Positions 23,854 to 37,381 of a stretch of 64,000 bases of DNA are shown here, piece by piece. Numbering within the stretch: position 1 is the first letter of the stretch; every line of letters begins with the position of its first letter. This stretch comes from Saccostrea cucullata (Eukaryota): positions 1-64,000 of the forward strand of contig NW_026940645.1 of assembly GCF_032062105.1 (NCBI RefSeq). The letters run 5' to 3'. A program made the translations under genes and the position numbers. The notes below the pieces were generated by a model, which saw only the letters and a list, made by a program, of their open reading frames with translations, did no database searches and was not told the origin of the DNA.

Positions 23854-24371
23854 TAGCTGCAGATCTGCAGCTCTCCGAAAAAATATATATTGACAGACCG
23901 GAGAGCTACAGTGCCACCAATTGAAAAATCTGTATATTTATTGCGCACAAAAATACGCATGTTTTTAAAAAAGTAATCTCAAAATATTACTAACCGTGTG
24001 TTCCTTACATATTCTTTTATCCACATCAAAACATTCCTCGTAATTGTTGTCAATAGTCCTCCTGGTCCTGATATTGTAATCACTGAACATTTCCGATTTC
24101 GTTTATTTATACTGACATTTTGGTTTCAAAGATAATTCGGTCCAATATGCTTCGTTCAGATGCCATCCACGAGAGTTCTTCATAGAGGAGGGAGGGGTTT
24201 TTCTGAATCTTCCATTTTTTGCAATTACGTAGGAATTTGGAAGAATTATTCAAAAACCGAGCGCACTTTTTTGTGCGCAATAAATATACAGTTTTTTTTC
24301 AATGGGTGGGTGGTACTAGCTGTCCGATCTATCAATATATATTTTTTCGGAGAGCTACAGATCTGCAGCTA
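23854..24371. mobile_element. Non-autonomous element with ~110-bp TIRs, TAG...CTA termini and degenerate 9-bp TSD (AcademH- or MULE-like)
   Basis: gccggggac|tagctgcagatctgcagctctccgaaa ... tttcggagagctacagatctgcagcta|gccaggaat; empty site 'atgccggggacttgtataaaa' in sister units. Confidence 0.75.
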
Positions 24372-24479
24372 GCCAGGAATTTATTTAAAATGTATATGAC
24401 CTTTGATGAACTTCCTCAGACCTGTTAACTCAACCTGCTGTCTCTCAGTATTTTTAACTAGATATTTTGAGATTGTGGC

Positions 24480-24805
24480 CACAGGCACCTGACGTTACTT
24501 ATTTTTCTTTTAATAAAAAAGATATACACATACCTATTAATAAACAAGGTACCCATCAAAATCCGCCATCTTGGATTTTCGAAGTAGGTCATCAATTGTA
24601 TTTTCGTCTGAAACTCCGTCAAATAAATTCCCTGCAACCATATTCTTTGTAGCCAGTCTTTCGAGGTCTAAACGTACGGACACTGCAGCCAGAAAGGCGC
24701 ATCCCACGTGCAAATATTGGCGGATTTCGATGGGTACCTTGTTTATTATTAGGTATGTGTATATTTTTTTATTAAAAGAAAAATAAGTAACGTCAGGTGC
24801 CTGTG
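24480..24805. mobile_element. MITE with ~100-bp TIRs and perfect 8-bp TSD ATTGTGGC (P-element- or hAT-type)
   Basis: attgtggc|cacaggcacctgacgttac ... gtaacgtcaggtgcctgtg|attgtggc. Confidence 0.92.
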
Positions 24806-25099
24806 ATTGTGGCCATCTCAAAGGGCCCTGCCTTTAGCAATGAATATGAAAATGTAACGTAGCTGAAAAAGGTTTTTTTGAAGGTGTTTGAGATTAAAGG
24901 GGACAAAAAGTATTACTCCCTGAAAAATAAAACGACTGAAATAACTTTTAGAAATGTATTCTCAATGAAAATTGTTGCATATCCTCTATCATAATATGGA
25001 AGGAAAATCACAAATGTTCCATATCCAGTTAATTTGTTTGAGGCTGTGTGGACTTCAAGGAAAGAAATTATGCTGCGAACAATGGCTTTAAAAAGAAAC

Positions 25100-25800
25100 T
25101 TTGTTTAAGGTCACTGCACATTCACTGACCAAAGGCACTCTGTGAGTGAAGTATGAGCAACATTGGACAAATAGGAGAGAAAATATAAGGGATTTTCACA
25201 TAATTCTGCTATGGCTTTACCTTTGACCTCGAATCATGGTTTAAGGTCTCTGCACACCCTTCACCCGAAGGTACTCTGTGAGTGATATATGAGCCTAATT
25301 GGACCAAGGGGAGAGAAGATATGCTCCGACCAATATTTTTTCTATGACCTTAACCTTTGACCTAGAAACACGGTTCAAGGTCACTGCACATCCTTTACCC
25401 AGAGGCATTCTGTGAAGTATGGGCCAGAAAAGTGAAAATATGCTCCAGACAAGAATTTATATAGAAAGGCTATTTTTGACACTTGACTTTGAAACTTTGC
25501 TCAAGGTCAATGCACACCCTTTCCCAAAAAGGTACTCCGTGGGTGAAGTATGAGCCAGATTGGGCCAGGGAAGAGAAGATATGATCCGGACAAGGATTTT
25601 TCATATAAGTCTGCTATGACATTGACCTTTGACTTAGAAAAACGGATCAAGGCCATTGTACATTGGTTACCCACAGGCACTCTGTGGGTGAAGTATGAGC
25701 CAGATTAGGCCAAGGAGAGAGAAGATATGCTCCGGAGAAGAGATCTCGGACGGACGGACAGACTGATCACTATACGGCGCCCGCTGAGCGGGGCCTTAAT
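25100..25800 (-). mobile_element. Helentron/HINE element with ~5 satellite monomers of ~120-135 bp
   Basis: Repeats 'aaggtcactgcacac...gtgaagtatgagccagattgg.ccaagg'; end 'ggacggacggacagactgatcactatacggcgcccgctgagcggggcctta'. Confidence 0.85.
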
Positions 25801-27824
25801 TTAGCTTTTTACTCTTACGTTTTCGTCGTATTTTGCATTAATTCCAAATTACGTAGTGATTTGTAAATGAGATTTGACATTAGCCAGTAAAATTTCAATT
25901 TCCATCGATTTTACATACATTAGATATTACTCGAGATCAACTGCATTTCTGATTAACATTCATGTCATCTTAAAATCCGACGCATTTTGGCCAACCGACA
26001 TCACTTACGTGTTTGAAATCTATCTCTTGTTTTAGCGATTAAAATGCGTAAGAATCAGATCATGCGAAATGTGAAAATCAGAGACGTAATTTGGAATTAA
26101 TGCAAAATACGACGAGAACGTAAGAATAAAACAGCTCAGTATGAAGAGTAGGAAATATGGCTTGCATAGAAAAGACTGGAGAAAGAAGATCGATTGATTG
26201 AATACTGTTTAACGTCCCATTCGCGAAGCGAATTTTTCACTCAAACAGAAACGAAATTTGCTGTTCCCCTCATCAGCCTCCTCCCAACGCCCTTCTTGAC
26301 GCCTTCTTTAATTTGCAGTTCCCCCAAAATAACCTCCTCCTAACGCCCTTCTTGATGCCTTCTTAAGTTTGCTGTTCTCTATCGGGGGCCTCTTCGTCCT
26401 CCTCCCCCCTGGGATATGGATCCTCCTCCTCCTGAATCATCATCAAGGTGACGACGTCACGATCCATATCCAAGGGGCGCATCCTGGACCTTCTGGAGCT
26501 TGTATAAGAACAGCAGGCCTGAGGAAAAATATGATAAACGTAAAAACATAGAGCAGTGAGGGTTCTTTATCGTGCAAACGCTTATCGTGACCTACGTTTT
26601 TAAGTTCATGTCCGAAAGACTAGTGACTTCCACTGCTTGTCCATAGATACTGGAGGCGAAGAGGCCAGCAAAACATCATAGAAAGACAACTTAAAAACCA
26701 AGATTCATTACCTATTATAATTAGCTCTACAAACCAATTCATAAAATTATTCTCAATCAATATATATAAAGGGTTAGTAACTAAAGGAAGTTAGGTCAAG
26801 TCAAACCATTTTTAAGAGTATTTTTACCTTTGTAAGAAAAGTGGAAAATTTGTTTTCTGCCTGCAGACAATCACGACATGAATATGTTTCTCGAAAACTT
26901 GAACTAACACAATTTGAAACATTGCCAAAGCCTAAAGAAAATACAAGTCCTCATCATGGACTGGGTAATGAAGTTTCTCCCATAGATTTACAGAGAAAAG
27001 CAAATCGATTCTTATGGAGAAAATTATGCATTACCACACGATGATAACACTTATGTATCACTGAGAAGGGGTTGTCTCCTTGGGCCCGGCTTACAGCAAT
27101 GTTTGGAAAAGTATAAGGTAGTTCTAAAGGGTTTCAACCTCGACCTAGAATCTTCGGTTAAGATCAGTGGACATCTATTGACCAGTGGCATTCCGACAGT
27201 GAAGTATGAGCCACAATGGACCAAGGTGATAGAAGACATGCTCCGGACAAGATTTTGTTATATAATTCTTTTACGACCTTAACTTTAGATCTAGAAACAT
27301 GGTTCATGGTCCCTGCACACCATTTCAACTACAATGGGAGCAACTTCCTCATGCAAGGGACTTACGTAAAATTGATCCGATCTTCGATAAACTTCCTCGG
27401 ACCTGTCAACTCATACTGCTGTCTCTCAGTATTTTTAATTAGATTTTTCTATGAGATTTGGCATTAGCCAGTAAGATTTCGTATTCCATCGATTTTACAT
27501 CTATTACTAAAGAACAACTTCATTTCTTAATACCACTTATGTCATCTTTTAAACCGACGCATTTTGGCCACCCGACATAATTTAAGTGTTAGAAATCTAT
27601 CTCTTGTTTTAGCGATTAAAAAGCGTCAGAATCAGATCATAACGAAAAATAACCGAGAAAATCAGAACGAACGGATTTACGTATTTCTACTTAAGCAAAA
27701 TGTGAGACATATTTTGACTCAAAATCCATACAAAATACGGTGAGATCGTAAGATTAAACAGCTAAGTATGTACAGTAGGAAATATGGCTTGCATACATAA
27801 GAATGGAGAAAGAAAATTGATCGA

Positions 27825-28020
27825 TAGTAAATTGTTAAACATCCCATTCGCGAATTTTTCATTCATACAGAAACTTCATCGTATGCCAGTGATGATGTTT
27901 AAATTCAAATCTATACTCGACATTCAGGGCCATTGAGCAGAGAGGGTTCATTATCGTGCCAACGCCTACCGCGACTTACGTTTTGAAGGTCATGTCCGAA
28001 AGACCCGTGACTTTCACTTC
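27825..28020 (-). mobile_element. SINE fragment
   Basis: 'ttaaacatcccattcgcgaatttttcattc...cagggccattgagcagagaggg...catgtccgaaagacccgtgactttcacttc'; paralogous split copy at 26190-26630. Confidence 0.65.
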
Positions 28021-28595
28021 TCTGCTTGTTCATAGATATTCGAGGCTAAGAAGCCAGCAACACATCATACAAAGACAACTTAAAACCAAGACTCATTCCT
28101 ATTATGATCAGCTCTACAAAGATTCATAAAATTATTTTCAATCAATATATATGAAGGATTAGTAACTAAAGGAAGTTAGGTCAAGTGAAACCAATTTTAA
28201 AAGAGTATTTTAAGGATTTTTACCTTTGTAGAAAAGAAAAGTGGGAAATGTGTTTCAACCTGCAGAATACTACAATGAAAACATGGATATGATTCTCGAA
28301 AACTTTAACAAGCATAATTTGGAACATTGCCAAAGCCTATTAAAGAAAATAGAAGTCCTTCTTATAATGGATTGGGCAATGACATTTCTGCCATCGATTG
28401 ACAAAAAAAGTAAACCGATTCTTATGGAGATAGTGATACTTCAACAACTCTTGCAGTCAAATAGTCTATTGTACAACTTTTTTGTACAGTTGGTGAAAAG
28501 TAAATGAGAATGATACGATATTGGAAACACTCATATATCACCGAGAAGGGGCTATCTCCTTGGACCCCGCTTTCAGCAATGTATAGGAAAATATA

Positions 28596-28861
28596 TGATT
28601 GATTGTATACTGTTTAACGTCCATCTCCAGAATATTTCACCGATATGGAGACGTCACCATTGCCGGTGAAGGGATGCAAATTTAGGCTTATGCTCGGCAC
28701 TCACGGCCTTTGAGCAGCGAGGTATATTTATCGTTCCACACCTGCTGTGACATGGGGCCTCGGTTTATACGGTCTTATCCGAAGGACCGCCCCATTTAGT
28801 CGCCTTTTACGACAAGCAAGGGGGTACTGAGGACCTATTCTAACCTGGATCCCCACGGGGC
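28596..28861 (-). mobile_element. Full-length SINE-like element with perfect 14-bp TSD TATAGGAAAATATA
   Basis: TSD at 28582-28595 and 28862-28875; reverse complement of 3930-4194; site is empty in the sister array units. Confidence 0.95.
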
Positions 28862-31199
28862 TATAGGAAAATATAAGGTAATTGTAAAGGGTTTTAGTCT
28901 TGACCTAGAAACTTCGTTTAGGGTCAGTAGACATCTACTGACCAATGGCATTCCGACAGTGAAGTACGAGTCACAATGGACCAAGGGGGGGGGGGGGGGG
29001 GGGAGACATGCTCCGGACAAGATTTTGTTATAGAATTCTTTTACGACCTTAACTTTTGATATCAAGAAACATGGTTCTTGGTCCCTGCACACGCTTTCAA
29101 CTTTCCACAATGGGAGCAACTTCCTCATGCTGGGGACTTGTATAAAATTTATCCGACCTTCGATTAACTTCCTCAGACCTGTCAATTTATACTGCTGTCT
29201 CTCGCTATTATATGATTTGTCTATGAGATTTGACATTAGCAATGATTACAAAACAACAAGTTAAAATGTATGAACATAATCCCCATTCTTCTTAGTATGG
29301 ATTCGACCAACAAGACCAATTCTTATTGTTTTAGATAATTTACACAATTCCATATTACAATTAATGTAATTAAGAAATAGTTATCGGGTAACATTTTGTG
29401 TTTTATACATGGAAGATTAAAAGGTAATATGTTATGTTCTTTAGTCAGTAAAACACAGATCACCTCAGTCGAAAGTAAAATAAAATAAAATTAAATAGAC
29501 TGATGACAAATTAGGTGGAATGCAGCTCAAAATATATATGGACCTGATATACATGTCTCTGTATTGTGCTTATTCATAGATATTGGAGACGAAGAAGCCA
29601 ATGAACACATCAAAGAAAGACAACTTAAAACCAAGACTCATTACCTATTATAATCAGCTCTTCAAACCAATTCATAAAATTATTCAGTATATAAAGGGTT
29701 AGTAACTAAAGGAAGTTCCTTCGAGTCAGACCATTTTTAAAAGAGTATTTTGGGATTTTTATCTTTGTAGAAAACAGAAGTGGGAAATGTGTTTTCAAGC
29801 TGTAGAATACTACAATAAAGACATGAATATGTTTCTCGTTTAACAAGCATAATTTCAAAAATTACCAAAACCTAGAGAAAATAAAAAGTCCTTCTTATAA
29901 TGGATTGGGCAATGAAGTTTCTCCCAAAGATTTACAGAGAAAAGCAAATCGATTCTCAAGGAGAAAAGTAGGCATTACCACACGATGATAACACTTATGT
30001 ATCACTGAGAAGGGGTTGTCTCCTTGGGCCCCGCTTACAGCAATGTTTGGAATAAATAAGATAGGTGTAAAGGGTTTTAACCTTGACCTATAAATTTTGT
30101 TTAAGATCAGTGGACATCTATTGACCAGTGGCATTCCGACAGTGATGTATGAGCCACACTGGAGCAATGGGAGAGAAGACATGCTCCGGACAAGGTTTTT
30201 TTTTTTTATATATATATAATATTATATATATAATTCTTCTACGACTTTAACCTTAGATTTAGAAATATGGTTCAAAGTTCCTGCACACCCTTTCAACTAC
30301 ATAATTGGAGCAACTTCCTCATGCCGGGGACTTGTATAAAATTTATCCGACATTCGATAAACTTCCTCAGACCTGTCAACTCATACTGCTGTCTCTCGGT
30401 ATCTTTAAGAGGATTTGTCTTTGAGACTTGGCATAAGCAAATATTACAAATCAACAAATTCAAATGTATGAACATTTTGTCCCATTCTTCTTTGTATGGA
30501 TTCGACCTACAAGACCAATTCTTATTGTTTTAATTACACAGATAGTTCCATATTAATAAAGAAATAGTTATCGGGTAACATTTTGTGTTTTATACATGGA
30601 AGATTAAAAGGTAATATGTTATGTTCTTTAGTCAGTAAAACACATATCACCTCAGTCGAAAGTAAAATAAAATTAAATAGACTGATGACAAATTAGGTTG
30701 GAATACAACTCAAAATGTATATGGGCCTGATATGTCTTTGTATTTAACGTGTTCATAGATATTGGAGGCGATGAAGCCAGGAACACATCAAAGAAAGAGA
30801 ACTTAAAACCAAGATTCATAACCTATTATAATCAGCTCTTCAAACCAATTAATAAAATTATTTCAATCAATATATAAAAGGTTAGTAATTAAAGGAAGTT
30901 AGGTCAATTCAGACCATTTTTAAAAGAGTATTTTTTTTTAGGATTTTTAACCTTGTTTAGAAAAGAAAAGTGGGAAATGTGTTTTCAACCTGCAGAATAC
31001 TAAAATCAAGACATGAATTATGTTTCTCGAAAACTTTAACTAGCATAATTTGAAACATTGCCAAAGCCTAAAGAAAATAAAAGTCCTTCTCATGATAGAC
31101 TGGGCCATGAAGTTTCTGCCATCGATTTTCAGAGAAAAAAAAATCGATTCTTATGGAGAAAATTATGGAATTACCACATTGTGATAACTTTCATATATC

Positions 31200-31572
31200 C
31201 AGAGCTGCCAACATTCTGAAATGACAAATAGTAAGGTGGGGTCTACGGATCACGTAGGCCCTCTGCCGCTGAAGATGTTTTGTAAATAAACATGCAGTCT
31301 GAGGCATGTTTCTATTTTGTTTACTTTAAAACACTGACATGAATGTGATCGGCCTTCTAAAACCGAAACGTTGATACAAGCAAGCGTTGTAAGAATTATG
31401 AATATATTATAATAGTAGAAAATATGTAGTCTGCCAGCTATGAAAATACGGGTATTATAAACTTTGAACGAAAAAAACTGCATTCGGAAGACTATAGAGA
31501 GAAATCGTAAGGCGTATTTTAAACGCTGATTTCGTACGCCTTACGCCAAAATCGTAAGGGTTGGCAGCTCTG
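31200..31572. mobile_element. hAT-like MITE with 6-bp TSD TATATC
   Basis: tatatc|cagagctgccaac ... gttggcagctctg|tatatc; empty site 'tttcatatatcaccgagaag' in sister units. Confidence 0.9.
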
Positions 31573-31676
31573 TATATCACCGAGAAGGGGCCATCTCCTT
31601 GGGCCCTGCTTTCAGCAATATTAGGAAAATATAATTATCCCTAAAATTCAAACAAAAAATAGGGATGCAATTTCGC

Positions 31677-32295
31677 TGATATGGCGCTTCTGGCCGCGAT
31701 GATCAATTGGGTGACAAAATTCGAACAGATAAATCGGAGAGCTACAGATCCCTGCGTTGTACAAACTTCGATTTATACCGCCGATTTTTTGTTAGTTTTT
31801 TTTTTTGGACGCTCACTTTAGGATTTTTTGAACAATGTTTCCCACAGCTTTAAAAATGATATCCGATCATTAAGCACACATTTAACTCCTATTCTATAAC
31901 TAACCTTTCATCTGTTCAAGACGGCCGTTTGTGGTTATGGACGTAGATATGGGAATCTTGTAAACAAACATTTTTAAACCATTAAGAGCTTTTTTCGGAC
32001 CATTTATAGCTAACTAAAGTTTTATTAATTTAAAAAATTATATTAATACTTATCGGACACCATTCTAAAAAGCAAAGGAAAGCATAATTTACAAGAAATA
32101 ATACCTGAAAGGAGCGATAAAAAATCGGCGACGAAAAGAGGAGGTTTTTACAATGAAACAGAGAAAACGATACATGGATCTGTAACTCTGCGTTATCTGT
32201 CCGGATTTTCTCGAGCAGAGATCTATAGCTCTCTGTTTACCTGTCCGAAATTTCTCAAGGAGAAAACCGCGGCAGTTCTGAAGCCATGTTATCAG
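31677..32295. mobile_element. Old inverted-repeat element
   Basis: 'attcgaacagataaatcggagagctacagatc' versus 'gatctatagctctctgtttacctgtccgaaat'. Confidence 0.4.
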
Positions 32296-35200
32296 TCTTT
32301 GTTAAGATAGATGGAACTGTTTAAGTTAAGCAAATCAAATCACATTTAATTCCTTAGATTAATGACAAATTTCTTCCGCTTCCCAAACATATAGTGAAAT
32401 AAGTACAATGTTGGCCTTGACAAGTCCCTATTCAATAGCAATAATCTGGATAACATGAAAACTTTTGTGATCGGGATTATCGTGAGGACTCCACTTGTAT
32501 TATACATTATCACCTTACTGATAGGAAGACAATTTACAATATTTAACAGAAAATATGTAATTCCTCGGTCATTAAGCACAGTGCTGATGCCAGTGATGCC
32601 CTATATACATATCTGCGTATAGAAACTCTGAGGAAAGAAAAAAAATTAAGTTTTAATTTATAAACAACAAGATGTAATGAAGCAAACATTAGGACTTGAC
32701 AAAGTGGATTTCTTGTTAGAAATTATTACAAAACAACTTAGCATGTATGAAAATTGCCCCAATATACTTTTAATGGATTCGACCCACAAGACAATTTTTT
32801 ATTGTTTCAAATAATTTACACAGTTAGCTCCATATTAAGAAATAGTTAAAGTGTAACATTTTATGTTTTTAACCATGGAAGATTAAAAGGTAATATGTTA
32901 TGTTCTTTAGTCAGTAAAATACACATCACTCAGACGGAAGTAAAATAAAATTATAAAGACAATGACAAATTTGGTTGAAATGCAGTTCAAAATGTATATG
33001 GGCCTGATATAAATGTCTTTGTTTTGTGCGTGTTCATAGATATTGGAGGCGAAGAAGCCAGGAACATATCAAAGAAAGACAACTTAAAACCAAGATCCAT
33101 TACCTATTATAATCAGCTCTTCAAACCAATTTATAAAATTATTTGAGTCAGTATATAAAGGGTTAGTAATTAAAGGAAGTTGGGTCAAGTCAGACCATTT
33201 TTTAAGAGTATTTTTTTTTAGGATTTTTAACCTTTGTAGAAAAGAAAAGTGGGAAATGTGTTTCCAACCTGCAGAATACTACAATGAAGACATGAATTAT
33301 GTTTCTCGAAAATTTGAACAAGCATAATTTGTAAAATTACCAAAGCCTAAAGAAAATAAAAGTCCTTCTAATCATGGATTGGGCCATGAAATTTCTGCCA
33401 AAGATTTACAGAGAAAAGCAAACCGATTCTTAGGGAGAAAATTATGCATTACCACACGGTGATAACTTTCATATATCACCGAGAAGGGCCATCTCCTTGG
33501 GTCCTGCTTTCAGCATAATTAGGAAAATATAAGGTAGTTCTTAAGGGATTTAACCTTGTCCTAGAAACTACGTTTAAGTAAAGAAGACATCTATTGACCA
33601 GTGGCATTCCGACAGTGATGTATGAGCCACATAGGACCAAGGGTAGAGAAGACATGCTTCGGATAAGATTTTTTTTTATATAATTCTGCTACGACCTTAA
33701 CCTTAGATCTAGAAACATGGTTCATGGTCACTGCACACCTTTTAACTACACAATGGGAGCAACACCCTCATGCTGGGGACTTGTATATAATTTATCCGAC
33801 AGACCTGTCAACTCATACTGCTGTCTCTGAGTATTTTTAATTTGTCTATAAGATTTGACATTAGCAGTTATTACTAAACAACAACTTAACATGTATGAAC
33901 ATTTGCCCCATTCTTCTTAGTATGGATTCGACCCACAAGACCATTCTAATTGCTTTAAATTATTAACACAGTTCTATATTAATTAAGAAATAAAAGTCCT
34001 TCTAATCATGGATTGGGCCATGAAATTTCTGCCAAAGATTTACAGAGAAAAGCAAACCGATTCTTATGGAGAAAATTATGCATTACCAGACGGTGATAAC
34101 TTTCATATATCACCGAGAAGGGGTCATCTCCTTGGGCCCTGCTTTCAGCAATATTAGGAAAATATAAGGTAGTTCTTGCGGGTTCTAACCTTGACCTAGA
34201 AACTACGTTTAAGATAAGAAGACATCTATTGACCAGTGGCATTCCGACAGTGATGTATATGTATGAGCCACATTGGACCAAGGGGAGAGAAGACATGCTT
34301 CGGATAAGGTTTTTTTTATATAATTCTGCTACGACCTTAGCCTAAGATCTAGAAACATGGTCCATGGTCCCTGCACACCTTTCAACTACACAATGGGAGC
34401 AACTTCCTCATGCTGGGGACTTGTATAAAATTTATCTGACAAACATGTCAACTCATACTGCTTTCTCTCAGTATTTTTTTACTCTGTCTATGAAATTTGA
34501 CGTTAGCAGTTATTACAAAACAACAACTTAACATGTATGAACATTTGCCCTATTCTTCTTTGTATGGATTCGACCCCGCATGACCAATTCTAATCGTTTT
34601 AAATTATTAACACAGTTAGTTCTATATTAATTAAGAAATGGTTATCGGGCAACATTTTGTTTTAAAAACATGGTAGATTAAAAGGTTATAAGTTATGTTC
34701 TTTAGTCAGTAAAACACAGATCACCTCAGACGAAAGTAAAAAAAAAAAGACTGATGACGACAAATTAGGTTGGAATGCAGCTCAAACTGTATATGGTCCT
34801 GATATACATGTCTTTGTATTGTGCTTGTTCATAGATATTGGAGACGAAAAAGCCAAGGAACACATTAAAGAAAGACAACTAAAAACCAAGATTTATTATT
34901 ATGATCAGCTATACAAAAAAAAAGAAAAAATCAGCAAATTATTTTTATCAATTAATAAAAGGATTAGATCGGAAATTAGGTAAAGTCGGCCCATTTTTTT
35001 TTTAAAAGAAAAAGAAAGTATTTTCAGGATTTTTATAATTTTAAAATTGAAAAGAGAGAAATGTTTTCACACCGCAGAATACTACAACACAGACACAAAT
35101 ACGTTTCTTGAAATCTTTCACAATCAGTTGATATATTTTTTTTTTTTGAGAGAAAACAAATCGTAGAGTAGATGTGCTCCTAGAAACATTACTCCTGATC

Positions 35201-37381
35201 AAGAGAAGATAATTAGCTTAATGACCGTCATGAAAATAGTTAGAGCATTTCAGAATCAAAATTTTGAAAGTAAATATATTATTTCTATGATAGTTTCAAA
35301 AACCAGTATCTATAGAATAGAAATTCATTACGAAATCTGATCGAATTCACACGCAGTGTAGTCGCATGCAAGAAAATTCCAAGCATAAATTTATGTCGCC
35401 ATGTCTTAAATTGCAACTGTCCTGACTTTTTTCAAGGAAACATATGACAGCATTTCTAAATAAAGTATTTGGTATCGTTTATAAAAGTAAACAACCATAA
35501 GAGACTTTCAGATACATGTTCCATCGAGTTATGCCCAAGATTAAGGTCCAAATTGTTAATCTAACAATGACCTCACAATCGAAATCGCGACAAATTAATA
35601 ATAGCAGATCAGGTCCAAAATAAGAAATCTGTTCAAGATCAAACGCTAGACAACGTACTTCTTGCTTTGAACCATATCGTGGCGACACATGAGGGTTGCA
35701 AAAAATATTAAGGTCATCCCTCCAGTTTTAAGGGGAAAAAATGGGGGAAAAGTCATGAACGAGAAATAGTCAAGACTTAGGCGTACATGAAAAACAGCTG
35801 AGTGAAAAAGAAAAGCATCTAAATGAAAACCATCTGAGGGTGAGAAAAAAAAACTTTTGAGAATTTGCAACAATACCTTGATTTTGAAGGTGAAAAGTCT
35901 ATCACTGATATGCAGGGCTCAAATTCCGTTTAAACATCAAGAATAGATAATGCACAAAGTACAGCTTTACAAACACCTGGGTAGGGAACATCTTTTGCCC
36001 TATATTCTCCACTAAGCTTCCCCCGTAGGCACCATGGATGGCAAGAATAGGTCCTATCACTCCTTTGCATGTGGTACGACGCGACTAAATTGGACCGTGG
36101 GATTGCGACCCGTGTTGGTGGCGACCCTGCTCAGCCAGGTTAAGGACACCCATAGGAAATATGCCTTAAAATAATTCGAGAAAATAAATGTTATTTTCTC
36201 GAGTTCAACCAGTGTGTACACACGGCGGCAAATTCAAAGTCTACGGGGATTTAACATTGTCAAAATGGCCGTCACTTCGGAAGGGGGGGGGGTGCATTAT
36301 TCGTGTTATTTCGATTTTTCCGTCGACCGTCTTCAGTGAAGTCACTGTCGTTTCAACACTGCTTACGTTGACGGTAATAACGCACGCGCTGACAGAAAAT
36401 TCCTGCAACTTGAAGACCGGAACTTGACCAAAATCAGCAATCAATCAACTTATATATACATTATTCCAAAAGAAAATCATAATGCCTAGTCCAAAATCAA
36501 AGAAACGTTAAGTAGTAACTTCAGTGCAGGTATATGCAAGTCTATGAATAGAAATTCCATGCACAGAATACACAGCTGTGTAGTCGAATGCAAGAAAATT
36601 CCAAGCATAACTTTATGTCGCCATCTCCTAAAATGCAACTGTCCTGACTTTTTTTCAAGGAAACATATGAAAGCATTTTTAAATGCTGCATTTGGTACCG
36701 TTTATAAAAGACAAGCAATTAAGAGACTATCAGATATATATTCCATCGAGTTATGCCGAAGATTAAGGTCCAAATTGTTAATTTAACAATGACCCCAGAA
36801 TCGAAAATGACCAAATCAAAGGAATTCGCGACAAATTAAGGATAATAATTGCAGATCAGGTCAAAAATGATAAAACTGTAAGATCATACGTTAGACAACG
36901 TACTTCTTGCTTTCATCCATATCATAGCGACAGCTGAGGGTTGCAAAATATATTAAGGTCATCCCTTCAATTCTAAAGGGGAAAATAGGGGTGGGGGGAG
37001 TCATTAACGAGAAACAGTCAAGACTAAGGCGTACAGAAAAAGAAAATCATCTAAACGAAAAGCATCTGAGGATGAGAAAGAAAACCTTTGGAGAATTTGC
37101 AACAAAACCGTGATTTTGAAGGTTAAAAGTCTATCACTGATATGCAAAGCTCAAATTCCGATAAAACATCAAGAAGAGATAATGCACAAAGTACAACTTT
37201 ACAAACACCTGAGTTAGGAAATTTTTTGGTCCATATTCTCATTTAAGCTTCTCCCGTAGGGACCATTGATAGCAAGAATAAGTCCTATCACTCCCTTGCA
37301 TGTGGTACGACGCGACTAAATTGGACATGTTGGCCGTGGGGTTGCGACCCGTGCTGGTGGCGATCCTGCTCAGCCAGGTTA

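Larger units (their letters stand above)
23240..35130 (+). repeat. Degenerate composite tandem array, ~7 units of roughly 0.6-1.6 kb
   Basis: Marker 'atggattgggc.atgaa.tttct' recurs near 23484, 26956, 28367, 29899, 31092, 33374, 34008. Marker 'gacatctattgaccagtggcattccgacag' recurs near 23704, 27170, 28930, 30113, 33586, 34221. Confidence 0.9.
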
